From positions 7,130,001-7,194,000 of the forward strand of contig NC_086125.1 of assembly GCF_963921235.1 (NCBI RefSeq): a stretch of DNA of 64,000 nt, written 5' to 3'. Below the pieces are notes generated by a model. It saw only the letters and a program-made list of their open reading frames with translations. It was not told the origin of the DNA and made no database searches. The DNA is from Mobula hypostoma (Eukaryota). Numbering within the stretch: the stretch's first letter is position 1; each line of letters starts with the position of its first letter. The translations under genes were made by a program, and so were the position numbers. Positions 36,363 through 49,221 of this stretch are shown in pieces.

Positions 36363-36829
36363 TTCACTACGTGACTAAGTAGAATATCGGAGCCCCTGAG
36401 TTTGAAGATATTAAAATGAATAAAGCATAATAATAACCTACCTACAGTTATTTTGCACCCGATTTGTAACAGTGAATGTGAAAGTGTTATACTCAGTCCC
36501 ATCAATGAAGTCATCAATATAGATAAATCATTCAGAGTGCAGCTAAGTTCATTAAAGCTTTTCATTAGTAAAATCCTACCAACCTGAAAATAGCTCAGTT
36601 AATTCCCAGCCTTCAATGTCCTGTTGCACTGCCTGTACATCTGTTTGTACACTTGCACTTGTCCAGTTTTTGTGTCAGCAATATACAGTCTTCACGTTCT
36701 CAATGGAAAGCATGTAAACTTGTTATTTTGCATTGGCAGTAGCAGTCCCCGAGGGTTGACGATAACTTGTTCTTACTGCCATTGATTGGGCCCTAAGTCC
36801 CATGGAAATCTGGAAGGCAGGTGGAATTT

Positions 36830-38170
36830 AAGAACATTAGAAAGTTTTTGCTAAGAACAGGCCACTCGGCCCAGCAAAGCTTGCCAAATTCCTATTCACA
36901 TAGTGTGTTGAAATAACTATCGGGTTTAGATTTCAAGGTACTTCTGTCAACTACACAACTATGTAGTTTGTTCCCTATGTCCACAAGTCACTGTGTAAAG
37001 AAATGCTTCCTGATGTTAGACTGAAATCTCCCTTTAACCAGTCTCCAGCTATGGCCATGTGTCCTTGCTCATGGATTAATTGTGAAGTAGCACCTTACTT
37101 ATATCCTTTAAAGATTTTAAACACTTCTATCATGTCTTCTCTCATTCTACGTGTACTTAAGCTAAAAAGATTTAATTATTTCAATCTTTCTTCGTAGCTC
37201 ATACCCTACGGACCTGGAGTGAGTATAGTCGCCCCTCTCTGGACTCTCTCCATTGCCTTAACATCCCTCACACGATATGGAGAGCAAAATTGTACACAGC
37301 ACTCAATGTGAGGCCTCCCAAGCGCATCATACAGCTGAAGGAGAAAGCCTCTTGACTTGAACTCCACTGAGTGCATTATATAGCCCAAAGTTCTTAATGG
37401 CTCCTGTGCATTGTCTAGATGATGATAGTGATGAGTCTACCAGGACACCCAAATCCTCCTCATACAGTGCACTTTGCAACTCAAGACCTCCCATTGTATA
37501 TTTAAATTTATTATTTCTACTTCCTACATGTAATATTTTACATTTACTTACATTAAATTTCATCTGTCATCTATCTGCCAACATCTGTATTTTGTTCAGA
37601 TCTAACTATTGATTCGTCTGTTATCAGCCCGTCCCACTAATTTTGTGTCATCGGCAAACTTGATTCAGATTTGAATTTTTGAATCCCATAGTGACCAGAG
37701 CAGGATTTCTACACTCCGGGAATATTGCAAACGTGCGTCCCTTTCTGTCATGTAATGATACTGAAAAACTAATTCACACCTTTATATTGAATAGACGAGA
37801 TTATTGCGATACACTTTCTACTGGCCTTCCAAAGCGATCTACTGACAAACTTCAACTCATTCCAAAAGCCACTGCTCGACTTCTAACCAAAACCAGGATA
37901 GGGCGACATATCACCCCTGTACTAACTACTCTCCAATGGCTTCTTTGTCTTTTAGAATTGATTTTAAAGTCTCTTACCTGTTTTTAAAGCTCTCAATGGT
38001 CTGGATCAGAGTACACCACAGAATCAATCTTGTTCTATAACCCTGCCGGGCTCTCAGGTTTTCTTCTGCCGGCCTCTTAAATTTAAACAGTCTTCCTCAA
38101 AAGATAATTGACAGGTCAGCTTTTTGAGAACTATGCTTCTAAGCCGTGGAACTCAATACCTAAAATTGTA
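36830..38170. mobile_element. CR1 fragment (minus, about 36830-37660) joined to an L2 fragment (plus, about 37662-38170)
   Basis: MKFNVSKCKILHVG (CR1 RT) and EKLIHTFILNRRDYC...HITPVL (L2 RT). Confidence 0.8.
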
Positions 38171-38174
38171 AGAC

Positions 38175-38935
38175 AGATAGATCCTTTATTGATCCCAAAG
38201 GAAATCGCAGTAATACTACATTTGCACAGATATACAAATATTTGAAAAGTAAGAAAAATAAATAAGTTACCTTAAAAATAAGATGTACAAGATTTACACT
38301 GATAAGATTGTAATACGAGAATGACCATAATATTATACAGTAATGGGTGCACATTCACACCATCCAGCTAGGAAGTGATGGTAGGGTATCTGTGATAGCA
38401 GGGTGTGGTGAACAGAGGTTAATAACAGTCGGACAAAAGGACCATCACTTCCCTGGCTATAGGTTGACTCATTATAGAGCCTAATGGCTGAGGGTAAGAA
38501 TGACTTCAAATAGAGATCTTTGGAGCAGCACAGTTGTCTTAGTCTATTACCAAAAGCTCCTCTGTTCAGCCAAGGTGGCTTGCAGAGGGTGAGAAACATT
38601 GTCCAGAATTGCCAGGATTTTCTGGAGGGTCCTTTGTTCTACCACAGCCTCCAGTGTGTCCAGTTTGACTTCTATAACAGAGCCACCCTATAGAAACTAC
38701 AGCACAGAAACAGGCCTTTTGGCCCTTCTTGGCTGTGCCGAACCATTTTCTGCCTAGTCCCACTGACCTGCACACGGACCATATCCCTCCATACACCTCC
38801 CATCCATGTATCTGTCCAATTTATTCTTAAATGTTAAAAAAGAACCCACATTAACCACCTCGTCTGGCAGCTCATTCCATACTCCCACCACTCTCTGTGT
38901 GAAGAAGCCCCCCCCCCAATGTTCCCTTTCTAATC
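38175..38935 (-). mobile_element. Rex-Babar 3' fragment with nested CR1 3' end (about 38690-38910)
   Basis: KSFLPSAIRLYN; CR1 tail atagaaactacagcacagaaacaggcc. Confidence 0.7.
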
Positions 38936-38999
38936 AGTTTATTGAGCCTGTTTTCATTGTGTCTGGTATGGCTGAATTAATCCATTAAATTGGTCTGCA

Positions 39000-39520
39000 G
39001 CCAACACGGCTCTCAGTTCACGGTGGTGGATGTGGACTCGGCCTGCTGCTGCTCCTCCGGGCCTCGGGGCGGCGCTGTCGCGGCAAGGGGCGGCGCAGAG
39101 TTCAGAGGGGGGGAAGGCGCCGCTCTTTACATCCGTGTTGCCAATGGTCGTTAGGGGACGGCTGTCCGCTTCCATAACCTGATATCCGCGCAGAAACCCA
39201 GCCAACGATGGGCTAAGGAGCCGTTTGAAGCTCCCACCGTCGCCACGAAGCTACCACACGCCCTAAGTAACGAGGAAGAGATGGGTTAGGGTGAGTGATT
39301 TGCTGATCGTCGAGCCTGACTCCGGCAACCGGACGGCAAAGCGGAGGGGTGGGTCCGCAGGCGCTGATTGGCTGCTCGGCCGCTAATCAAATGTTTCCCT
39401 GTCCTGTGATTGGTCCCTGGAAGTCTCTATCATGCCTTGCACCAAAGTGGGGATAAGTTTGGACGCGGTGACCTTTAGTTTTGCGGTGCGGGCCCGGGGG
39501 CGCCGTCCACATTCCCCACC
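39000..39520. promoter_or_regulatory. CpG island; probable, possibly bidirectional, ATG4D promoter with two CCAAT boxes and RFX half-sites
   Basis: The only clear non-repeat CpG island between FBXL12 and the ATG4D coding exons; GATTGG at about 39366 and 39408; + strand donors AGG|gtgagt (39291) and GCT|gtgagt (39720). Confidence 0.65.
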
Positions 39521-41142
39521 TTATGCTCCTTGTTACTTTAATTGTCAGTGGAGCGCCCAGGAGTAGTTTACCAGACCATCAAGGCGGTTTGAGGTGTTCG
39601 CAGCTCCTATTACACAATCCAGTTGCAGATCTGGGTGAATTTACAACCTTACTTTCAACTAATTTCCTTTCACGGAATGAACTTCAACCAGTTACACCTG
39701 TAACCGAATGGACTCCGCTGTGAGTTGTTGTTTTTTAAAAAATATAAATATTGACCGCGATGCATCTACTTCTTCGTGTCAGTGTTTCACAACAGGTGAT
39801 GGCGTGTACACTGTAGTTAGTGTTTATGAAGCAATTGGCACAGGTTATTAAGTGACCCACGAATTCCTTCGTTCTCTGCGGTGGGAGAATATTTTTTGAT
39901 TTCGTTTTGAAGGCCGCGATTTAGAATCCAGCAGAGTAGACAGGAAATGCTACTTGTAGGGGGGAAGATTATGAGGGAACTGTATTCCAATTGAGGGTAA
40001 TAAATTCGAATAACGAATGCCCAACAAGTCAGGCCATACTAAAGAAGAGAGAAATGTAATCAGTATTGCGGATAAATCACCGACAACCGAAGTAGGCAAT
40101 TTTGATATGAAGGAAGAAGATAAGCTGAACGTTTTGAGTTCACTCTGAACATCTGCAATGTGGCCAAGTGGAATGTAGGGTGCTTTGTTTTGTCCTAAAT
40201 GGAAAAGAGGTTAGATTGGAGAGAGAAAGAGCAAAGGTGAAGGACAACTGGATGTTTAGAATCCCTTAGAAAGTAAATGCAGCTACGAGTCATCGAGTCT
40301 ACCTTTAGGTTCTCCGATGTAGAGACCACAGTATGAGCGAGCAGCAGCCCACACAAAATGCTGGAGGAACTCAGCAGGCAGCCAACAGTAAACAGTTCAG
40401 GCTGAGACCGTTCATCAGGAGTCCTGCCTGACCTGCTGAGTTCCTGCAGCATTTTGTGTGTGTTGCTTTAGATTTCCAGCATTTGCAGGTTTTCTCATGT
40501 AACGGGTTCAGTATACTAGATTGGAAAGTGAATATCCAGAAATTTAACTTGGTTAACTCTCCTTCCACATCTGCTTCCTGACATGAGTATTTCTGTCATT
40601 TTCTGTTTTTATTTCAAACTACTGGCATCTGCAGGTGTTTGGTATTTATTTAGGGGAGGGGGATCCAGATCCCACATTTATGAGTGAATGGGTCAGTAGA
40701 AATGGTGTCTATACATTACAGAAAGATAATTGGGCTGAGTGAAATGTCCTCTAAAGTAGCACAAGGAAGAGATATTTATCTCCAATATTAATCTAGTTAT
40801 GGCATTTTCTAGCAAAAATTAATAATTTCTATTAATTTGTCATGAGAAATATGGTTTTGTTTTTGCTTATTTGTGTGATAGTCGTGATAATGAAGTTGTA
40901 TCATTTTTTTAATGCATGCATTTCTAAATGACAATAAACGAGGACTGAGTGTCCTCATAATCTAATCTAAAAGTTATTGTGATAGAATGACATGCATCAT
41001 TACAGAACTCTGCATTGGGTAAGCACGATGTTTTACTTTAATGAAATATTCTTAGACCATAACAATAGTTTCTGAGCTATGAAGGGTTTCATGCACGTTC
41101 ATAGCTTTTTATGTTGTAACACCATGATCTGTTGCACATAAC

Positions 41143-41881
41143 AGATCATGGGGAGGTGCAACGAGACCTGGGTGTCATTATACACCAGTCATTGAAAGTG
41201 GGCATGCAGGTACAGCAGGCGGCGAAAAAGGCGAATGGTATGCTGGCATTTATAGCGAGAGGGTTCGAGTACAGGAGCAGGGAGGTACTACTGCAGTTGT
41301 ACAAGGCCTTGGTGAGACCACACCTGGAGTATTGTGTGCAGTTTTGGTCCCCTAATCTGAGGAAAGACATCCTTGCCATAGAGGGAGTACGAAGAAGGTT
41401 CACCAGATTGCTTCCTGGGATGGCAGGACTTTCATATGAAGAAAGACTGGATGAACTGGGCTTGTACTCGTTGGAATTTAGAAGATTGAGGGGGGATGTG
41501 ATTGAAACATATAAGATCCTAAAGGGATTGGACAGGCTAGATGCAGGAAGATTGTTCCCAATGTTGGGGAAGTCCAGAACGAGGGGTCACAGTTTGAGGA
41601 TAGAGGGGAAGCCTTTTAGGACTGAGATGAGGAAAAACTTCTTCACACAGAGAGTGGTGAATCTGTGGAATTCTCTGCCACAGGAAACTGTTGAGGCCAG
41701 TTCATTGGCTATATTTAAGAGGGAGTTAGATATGGCCCTTGTGGCTATGGGGGTCAGGGGGTATGGAGGGAAGGCTGGGGCGGGGTTCTGAGTTGGAGGA
41801 TCAGCCATGATCATAATAAATGGTGGTGCAGGCTCGAAGGGCCGAATGGCCTACTCCTGCACCTATTTTCTATGTTTCTAT
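41143..41881 (+). mobile_element. Young 5'-truncated CR1 LINE with intact RT C-terminal ORF
   Basis: 219-aa uninterrupted ORF ([19 protein letters not shown]...FFTQRVVNLWNSLP); TTCTATGTTTCTAT tail. Confidence 0.95.
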
Positions 41882-42351
41882 AACTAAGACATTTTCTTCT
41901 ACTGTGTTGGGAAAATGTCTAGCTGGTTGAACAGTGTCCATGGAGAAAAGAATTCGGTTCCCAACCTGGGTGTGCAGATCCCTTGCCCAATGGTATTGGT
42001 TTGTGGCATAAAGAAGGTTTAGAGCACAGAAATCAAGGACTTGTTTCCCAACCCTGGGATAAGTCAGTTGAGTCTACAAAGCACAGAGGTCGGAGTTATT
42101 GGGCTGGACGAGGCTGCAGTGAACAGGAGTGAAATCACAGATGGGTTTGGAAATGAAGATAAGAATTTGAATAATTAATACTGTCTGACAGCATTGCCAG
42201 TGTAAATCAACAAGCATAAACTCAATGCTCTATCTCCCACCATGGTTCAGTATTTATTATATCTTAAGTCTGTACATTTCATTCATCAGCTTTTCCTACC
42301 GCAATGTTTTCAGCTTTGAGGTTAGTCTCGTTAATCTCACATGCGGGACTA

Positions 42352-43050
42352 AGAACATTAGAGTATAAGGAATAGGAGCAGGAGTCGGCCATCTGGCCCG
42401 TCGAGCTGCTCCGCCATTCAATAAGATCCTGGCTCATCTGGCCATGGACTCATTTCCACCTACCTGCTTTTTCCCCTTAAACCTTAATTCCCCTACCATG
42501 CAAAATCTATCCAACATTGTCTTAAATATATTTACTGAGGTAGCCTCCACTGCTTCATTGGGCAGAGAATTCCACAGATTCACCACTCTCTGGGAAAAGC
42601 AGTTTCTCCTCACCTCCATCCTAAATCTACTCCCCGGATTTTGCGGCTATGTCCCCTAGTTCCAGTCTCACCGACCAGTGGAAACAATGTTCCTGCCTCT
42701 ATCTCATCTATCCTATTCATAATTTTATGTTTTTAAGATCTCTCATCATTCTGAACTCCAGCGAGTACAGTCCCAGGCGACTCAATCTCTCCTCATAGTC
42801 TAACCCCCTCATCTCTGGAATCAACCTGGTGAACCTCCTCTGCACCGTCTCCAAAGCCAGTATCTCCCTCCTTAAGTAAGGAGACCAGAACTGCACACAG
42901 TACTCCAGGTATGGCCTCACCAGTACCCTGTACAGTTGCAACATAATCTCCCTGCTGTTAAATTCAATCCCTCTAGCAATGAAGGCCAGTGTTACATTTG
43001 CTTCTTGATAGCCTGCTGCACCTGCAAACCAACCTTTTGCGATTCATGCA
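42352..43050 (-). mobile_element. CR1 LINE 3' fragment
   Basis: LYRVLVRPYLEYCVQFWSPY on the minus strand. Confidence 0.9.
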
Positions 43051-45642
43051 CAATACAAAGAGCCAATATTGTGTCAACACCGTACTCCGTAACCATTGGA
43101 ATGTTAACAATTTAACTTTGCTTTGTTGTGACAATGCCCTTGTTTCATCCAGTCCAGCTATGGGACTTGAGGCCCAGGTACCATGAGGTATTCATTGACT
43201 GATTGAAATATTACTGTAATAATGAGCTAATGGAACAGCTGCATCAACACTTGACTCACACATGTGAGGGACAGGAATGGCTACTTCAAGTGCCGAGTTT
43301 TAGATGTTTCAGAAAGGACAGTGAAGGAGGCAAAAGAGGTGGGGGCGTGGCACTGTTAATCAGAGATAATGTCACGGCTGCAGAAAAGGTGGACGTCATG
43401 GAGGGATTGTCTACTGAGTCTCTGTGGGTGGAGGTTAGGAACAGGAAGGGGTCAATAACTCTACTGGGTGTTTTTTACAGGCCGCCAAATAGTAACAGGG
43501 ATATCTAGGAGCAGATAGGGAAACAGATCCTGGAAAGGTGTGATAATAACAAAGTTGTCGTGGTGGGAGATTTTAATTTCCCAAATATTGATTGGCCTCT
43601 CCCTAGAGCAAGAGGTTTAGATGTGTTAGGTGTGTTCAGGAAGGTTTCTTGACACAATATGTAGATAGGCATACAAGAGGAGAGACTGTACTTGATTTGG
43701 TATTGGGAAATGAACCTGGTCAGGTGTCATATCTCTCAGTGGGAGAGCATTTTGGAGATGGTGATCATAATTCTCTCTCCTTTACAATAGCACTGGAGAG
43801 AGTTCGGAACAGACAAGTGAGAAGAGCGTTTGATTGGAGTAAGGGGAATTATACGGCTATCAGGCTGGAACTTGGAAGCTTAAATTGGGAGCAGATGTTC
43901 TCAGGGAAAGGTACGGAAGAAATGTGGCAAATGTTCAGGGGATATTTGTGTGGAGTTCTGCATAGGTACGTTCCAATGAGACGGAAGTTATGGTAGGGTA
44001 CAGGAACTGTGGTGTACAAAGTCCATTGTAAATCTAGTCAAGAAGAAAAGAAAAGCTTACGAAAGGTTCAGAGAGCTAGGTAATGTTAGAGATCTAGAAG
44101 ATTATAAGGCTAACAAGAAGGAGCTTAAGAAGGAAATTAGGAGAGCCAGAAGGGGCCATGAGAAGGCCTTGGCGGGCAGGATTAAGGAAAACCCCAAGGC
44201 ATTCTACATGTATGTGAAGATTAAGAGGATAAGACGTGAAAGAACAGGACCTATCAAGTGTGTATGGAACTGGAGGAAATAGCAGAGGTACTTAATGAAT
44301 ACTTCACTTCAGTATTCACTATGGAAAAGGGTCTTGGTGATTGTAGTGATGACTTGCAGTGGACTGAAAAGCTTGAGCATGTAGATATTAAGAAAGAGGA
44401 TGTGCTGGAGCTTTTGGAAAGCATCGAGTTGGATAAGTCACCGGGACTGGATGAGATGTACCCCAGGCTACTGTGGGAAGTGAGGGAGGAGATTGCTGAG
44501 CCTCTGGTGATGATCTTTGCATCATCAATGGGACGGGAGAGGTTCCGGAGGATTGGAGGGTTGTAGATGTTGTTCCCTTATTCAAGAAATGGAGTAGAGA
44601 TAGCCCAGGAAATTATAGACCAGTGAGTCTTACTTCAGTGGTTGGTAAGTTGATGGAGAAGATCCTGAGAGGCAGAATTTATGAACATTTGGAGAGGTAT
44701 AATATAATTAGGAATAGTCATTGGCTTTGTCAAGGGTAGGTCGTGCCTTACGAGCCTGATTGAATTTTTTGAGGATGTGACTAAACACATTGATGAAGGA
44801 AGAGCAGTAGATGTGGTGTATATAGATTTCAACAAGGCATTTGATAAGGTGCCTCATGCAAGGTTTATTGAGAAAGTAAGGAGGCATGGGATCCAAGGGG
44901 ACATTGCTTTGTGGATCCAGAACTGGCTTGCCCACAGAAGGCAAAGAGTGGTTGTAGACGGGTGATATTCTGCATGGAGGTCAGTGACCAGTGGTGTGCC
45001 TCAGGGATCTGTTCTGGGACCCCTACTCTTTGTGATTTTTATAAATGACCTGGTTGAAGTGGAGGGATGGGTTAGTAAGTTTGCTAATGACGCAATGGTT
45101 GGGGGGTGTTGTGGATAGTGTGGAGGGCTGTCAGAGGTTACAGCAAGACATTGATAGGATGCAAAACTGGGCTGAGAAGTGGTAGATGGGATCAAACCAG
45201 ATAAATGTGAAGTGGTTCATTTTGGTAGGTCAAATACGATGGCAGAATATAGTATTAATGGTAAGACTCTTGGCAGCGTGGAGGATCAGAGGGACCTTGG
45301 GGTCCGAGTCCATAGGACACTCAAAGCTGCTACGCAGGTTGACTCTGTGGTTAAGAAGGCATATGGTGTATTGGCCTTCATCAATCGTGGGATTGAGTTT
45401 AGGAGCCGAAAGGTAATGTTGCAGCTATATAGGACCCTGGTCAGATCCCACTTGGAGTACTGTGCTCAGTTCTGGTTGCTTTACTATAGGAAGCATGTGA
45501 AAACCATAGAAAGGGTGTAGAGGAGATTTACAAAGATGTTGCCTGGATTGGGGAGCATGCATTATGAAAACAGGTTGAGTGAACTCGGCCTTTTTTCCTT
45601 GGAGTGACGGAGGATGAGAGGTGACCTGATAGAGGTATATAA

Positions 45643-46544
45643 TGTTACGTACTGTAACCTTTAGAAATAAACCAGCAGCAAAAGGTTTCACACTGAGTCG
45701 GGTTTTAATGTTAAAACCACTATCTTTATTAGTATCTACTTACAATATTGTAACTTAACCAAGATAAACAGGTGTTAACAGTGTGATGTGTATATATGTG
45801 TGTGGTATAGCTCCCTAACTAAGTTGAGCTTGGGGAAACAATGTTTAGAGTCTTGCGATGGTAAAGTAGGAAAGTTCAGTTCATCCACAGAATGTATGAT
45901 AGGAGAGAGGTATTTGTAATCCAGGGTGAAACGTAGAGAATAGGTGGTTACGTCAAATTTCACAGGTAAACAAAAGATTCCATGATGGTAAAACGAGATA
46001 ACAGTCACTGTAGATCGGGAATCCACATACGAGTTATCACCGGAAGTGATCTGTCACAGGGATATCGTCTTCAAGGGGTTGCCACACAACATACCCAGGC
46101 AAGGAGTAACACATAAGTGGTCTCCCAAACAAAATCCACTCCTTTGGATTACACGAAGTGAAAGACACCCATTCGTAGTCCACCGTGTGCAGATATTTAA
46201 CCCACCCTTGTGGGCATGAGAGAGTTTCAAACCATCGCAGTGACAAGCTGAAGTTTCATCAGTGTCCCCCTCCCCATCTCCTCCCCCTCCCCATCTCCTC
46301 CCCCTCCCCATCTCCTCCCCCTCCCCCTCCCCATCTCCTCCCCCTCCCCCTCCCCATCTCCTCCCCCTCCCCATCTCCTCCCCCTCCCCTCTCCTCCCTC
46401 CTCCCTCTCTCCCCCTCCCCCCATGACTGTCTGTGTCCTTGTTTTAAACAAGCTGCCATCAGTCAGTGAACATCATAGTCCCACCTCATTGAGGTACTCT
46501 TACGATAACAGTCCACAGTAAATGAAACCTGTGGGTTCGTAACA
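45643..46544 (-). mobile_element. Solo LTR (Gypsy-like) inserted in CR1
   Basis: TGTTACG...CGTAACA termini with 4-bp TSD ATAA; removing it restores the CR1 frame GDLIEVYKMMRGIDR; AATAAA on the minus strand. Confidence 0.9.
46266..46422. repeat. (CCCCTCCCCATCTCCT)n-like minisatellite inside the LTR; G4-prone on the minus strand
   Basis: Seen directly in the sequence. Confidence 0.9.
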
Positions 46545-47582
46545 ATAAGATGATGAGAGGCATTGATCGTGTGGATAGTCAGAGGCTTTTTCCCATGGCT
46601 GAATGTCCCACAAGAGGACACAAGTTTAAGGTGCTTGGAAGTAGGTACAGAGGAGATGTTAGGAGTCAGTTTTTTATGCAGAGAGTGATGAGTGCGTGGA
46701 TGGGCTGCCGGCAGCAGTGGTGGAGGCGGAAGCGATAGGATCTTTTAAGATATCCTATTTATCACTATTAATTGTTCCACGTAAGAGGGCTTTGCGGTGC
46801 TTTATTACCCATCCTCTCCAATGCTGTGGGGTATAATAAATAATTCCTTGTTATGAATCGCTTTTCCCTTTGGTCAATACTATCCATGTCCATAATTATA
46901 TTGATCCAATGCCCAATTCATGCCCCTGTGCTCTCATTCCTAATTGATTCTTCTCCATTAACATGCATATCAGCTTACTTTGTCAGCGCTGGACCTTAAA
47001 GTATAGACATTGTCGATGCTCCAACCATTTCACTATATTCCTGGTGTGCAAATAAACACTGACAGATTGATTATTCATACGTATTTGCAGCTACATATTG
47101 TTGGTTCTGCTGCCATAAGCAGTGGCTCTTTCACTGGCAGTTTACTGCAACACTTCCCACCACAGCAGTCTTGCAACACTTTACTTTGTGCCATTGAAAC
47201 TAGATAGTATCTGAATTTGATACTTTTCCTGTTGGTGACAGTAGCGGCTTTTGTTTGGCTCTTTGCATCAGTCAGCACCATTGCTATTCTAAAACAACAC
47301 ACACAAAATGCTGGAGGAACTCAGCAGCTCAGGTAGCATCTATGGAAATGAATAAACAGTTGACATTTTGGGCCGAGACCCTTCATCAAGACTGTTGTAG
47401 TTCTTAAACTTCTGTTGTATTCTGTTATAGTTCTTAAAATTCTGTTGGGATCAGCTGGCATGTAAAATATTGTTCGCGTTCTATCTTTTGCGATGAATTT
47501 CCCAAGAATTTCCAAGCTCCATACACTGAATGGGCTGAATATGCAGAATGTGTTTCCATTGCTTAATCTAAACCTATTTATA

Positions 47583-49221
47583 CAGGTTTCCCCCGCCATC
47601 TGAAGGCAGAGCGTTCCTACGAAACGGTTCATAAGCCAGAATGTCGTAAAGCGAAGAAGCAATTACCATTTATTTATATGGGAAAAATTTGTGAGCGTTC
47701 GCAGACCCAAAAATAACCTACCAAATCATGCCAAATAATACATAAAACCTAAAATAACAGTAACATATAGTAAAAGCAGGAATGATATGATAAATACACA
47801 GCCTATATAAAGTAGAAATACTTCTCTACAACAATTGCCTGCACTGTTCCCCTAGCGAAAATCTCACGCAAGCGCCGTCAGCAGAAAATCTCACGCAAGC
47901 GCTGTTGGCAAAACACTCTCTCCAGTAAACTATAAGCTATGAAGCTGCCAAATCATACCAAATAACACGTAAAAATACACAGCCGATATAAAGTAGAAAT
48001 AATGTATGTACAGTGTAGTATCACTTACTGGAATTGGGACAGCACCAAGCACACTGATGATGGTGTGTTAGGCTGAGTCGTCACAGGTTGGGGTGGTGCA
48101 GTGGCCCCTACCCTCCGGGCAGTGAACCGATACCGATGCGCGAAGCATGCAGGGGTGCAGTGGTAGCCGGGATGCATCGAGCTCATCTTTAAGAAAAAAG
48201 CCGAAATAAACATGCTAATTAATTAGGTGCCGCCCGGCACGTAAATGTTGGCCCAGATCAGCGGCAACACAATTGACAATCGCCTCTGATCTGGGCCGAC
48301 AATTACGTGCCCGGTGGCACCTAATTAATTAGCTTATTTATTTCGGCTTTTTTCTTAAAGATGTGCAGTGTGCCTCCTGGCTACCACTGCATTCTCTGCG
48401 AATCGGTATCTGACCGGGGATTGGGGTAGTGGGACACTGGGGTGTCATCTCATCGTCATCTGTTTCCATTAGAGCAGGCAGCTCATCTTCTCCTATGACT
48501 GCCCGCCTCGATGTCGAAGTTCGAGGTTCTTCGTCTGCTGTGGCTGATGTGGAAGGCTTGCTTGACTGCTGAGCCTCGCGCATTTTTCTATCATACAGTT
48601 CTTTGTAAGCACTCAAACCATCCTGCAAATATCCCATAAACCTACGTACCCTTTCAAAATTAAAGTCGTACTTTTATCATTGAAGTGAAAATCTCACGCA
48701 GTTGCTTCACGTTCAGTTCCTGGACGACTTCACCTTCGGTCTGTTTGCTACTGTATTCAGTTTTGATTGTTTTCCTTTCCTCTTCCAATTGCATCAGCTC
48801 TTCATCTATCAGTTCTTGGTCATGTGATGCCAAAACCTCTTCAACATCATCTTCGTTAACTTCCACAAGCCAAACTCACTTTGTCCTTACTTGGTTCACC
48901 ACGTTCGAAAAGCTTAATTATGTCTAGTTTTACGCTAAGTGTAACACCCTTATGAGCTCTTTCAGGCTTTTCGGATACCTTAGAACTCATCTTGCAAACA
49001 GCTGCTCACAGACACGTGTTTAAGCAATGCCGGTGAGAATGCCATTCCGAATCTGGGGGAGAACGTCTGCTCGGGGTGCACAGCGCGCTGCCTTTTATCG
49101 CGCACTGATTTTTTTTTCACGTGCTGCCTTTTTTCATAACAGTGAAAACAGGGAACTGATGTAGGTCTTTCTTAACAGTGAAGTTTCGTAAAGCGAACGT
49201 TCGAAAGGCGGGGGACACCTG
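47583..49221 (-). mobile_element. Tigger/pogo-type transposon, internally deleted, with transposase C-terminal remnant and long internal palindrome
   Basis: TA-CAGGTTTCCCCCGCC ... GGCGGGGGACACCTG-TA; EVNEDDVEEVLASHDQELIDEELMQL resembles the Tigger C-terminus. Confidence 0.9.

Larger units (their letters stand above)
43262..46750 (+). mobile_element. Long CR1 LINE (APE endonuclease + RT), frameshifted, interrupted by a solo LTR
   Basis: [53 protein letters not shown] motifs. Confidence 0.95.

Noticed and set aside
38950-39340. Telomerase RNA-like: minus strand has CCCTAACCC downstream of CCAAT boxes in a GC-rich block
   Set aside because: No CR2/CR3 pseudoknot motifs (GCUGACUUUCAGC, AAAAAAUGUCAGC), no CR4/5 or recognisable H/ACA end, and the synteny is not that of TERC. 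On the + strand the motif is a splice donor (TTAGG|gtgagt).
46054-46469. Gly/Glu/Arg- or Pro-rich ORFs
   Set aside because: Translation of the LTR minisatellite.
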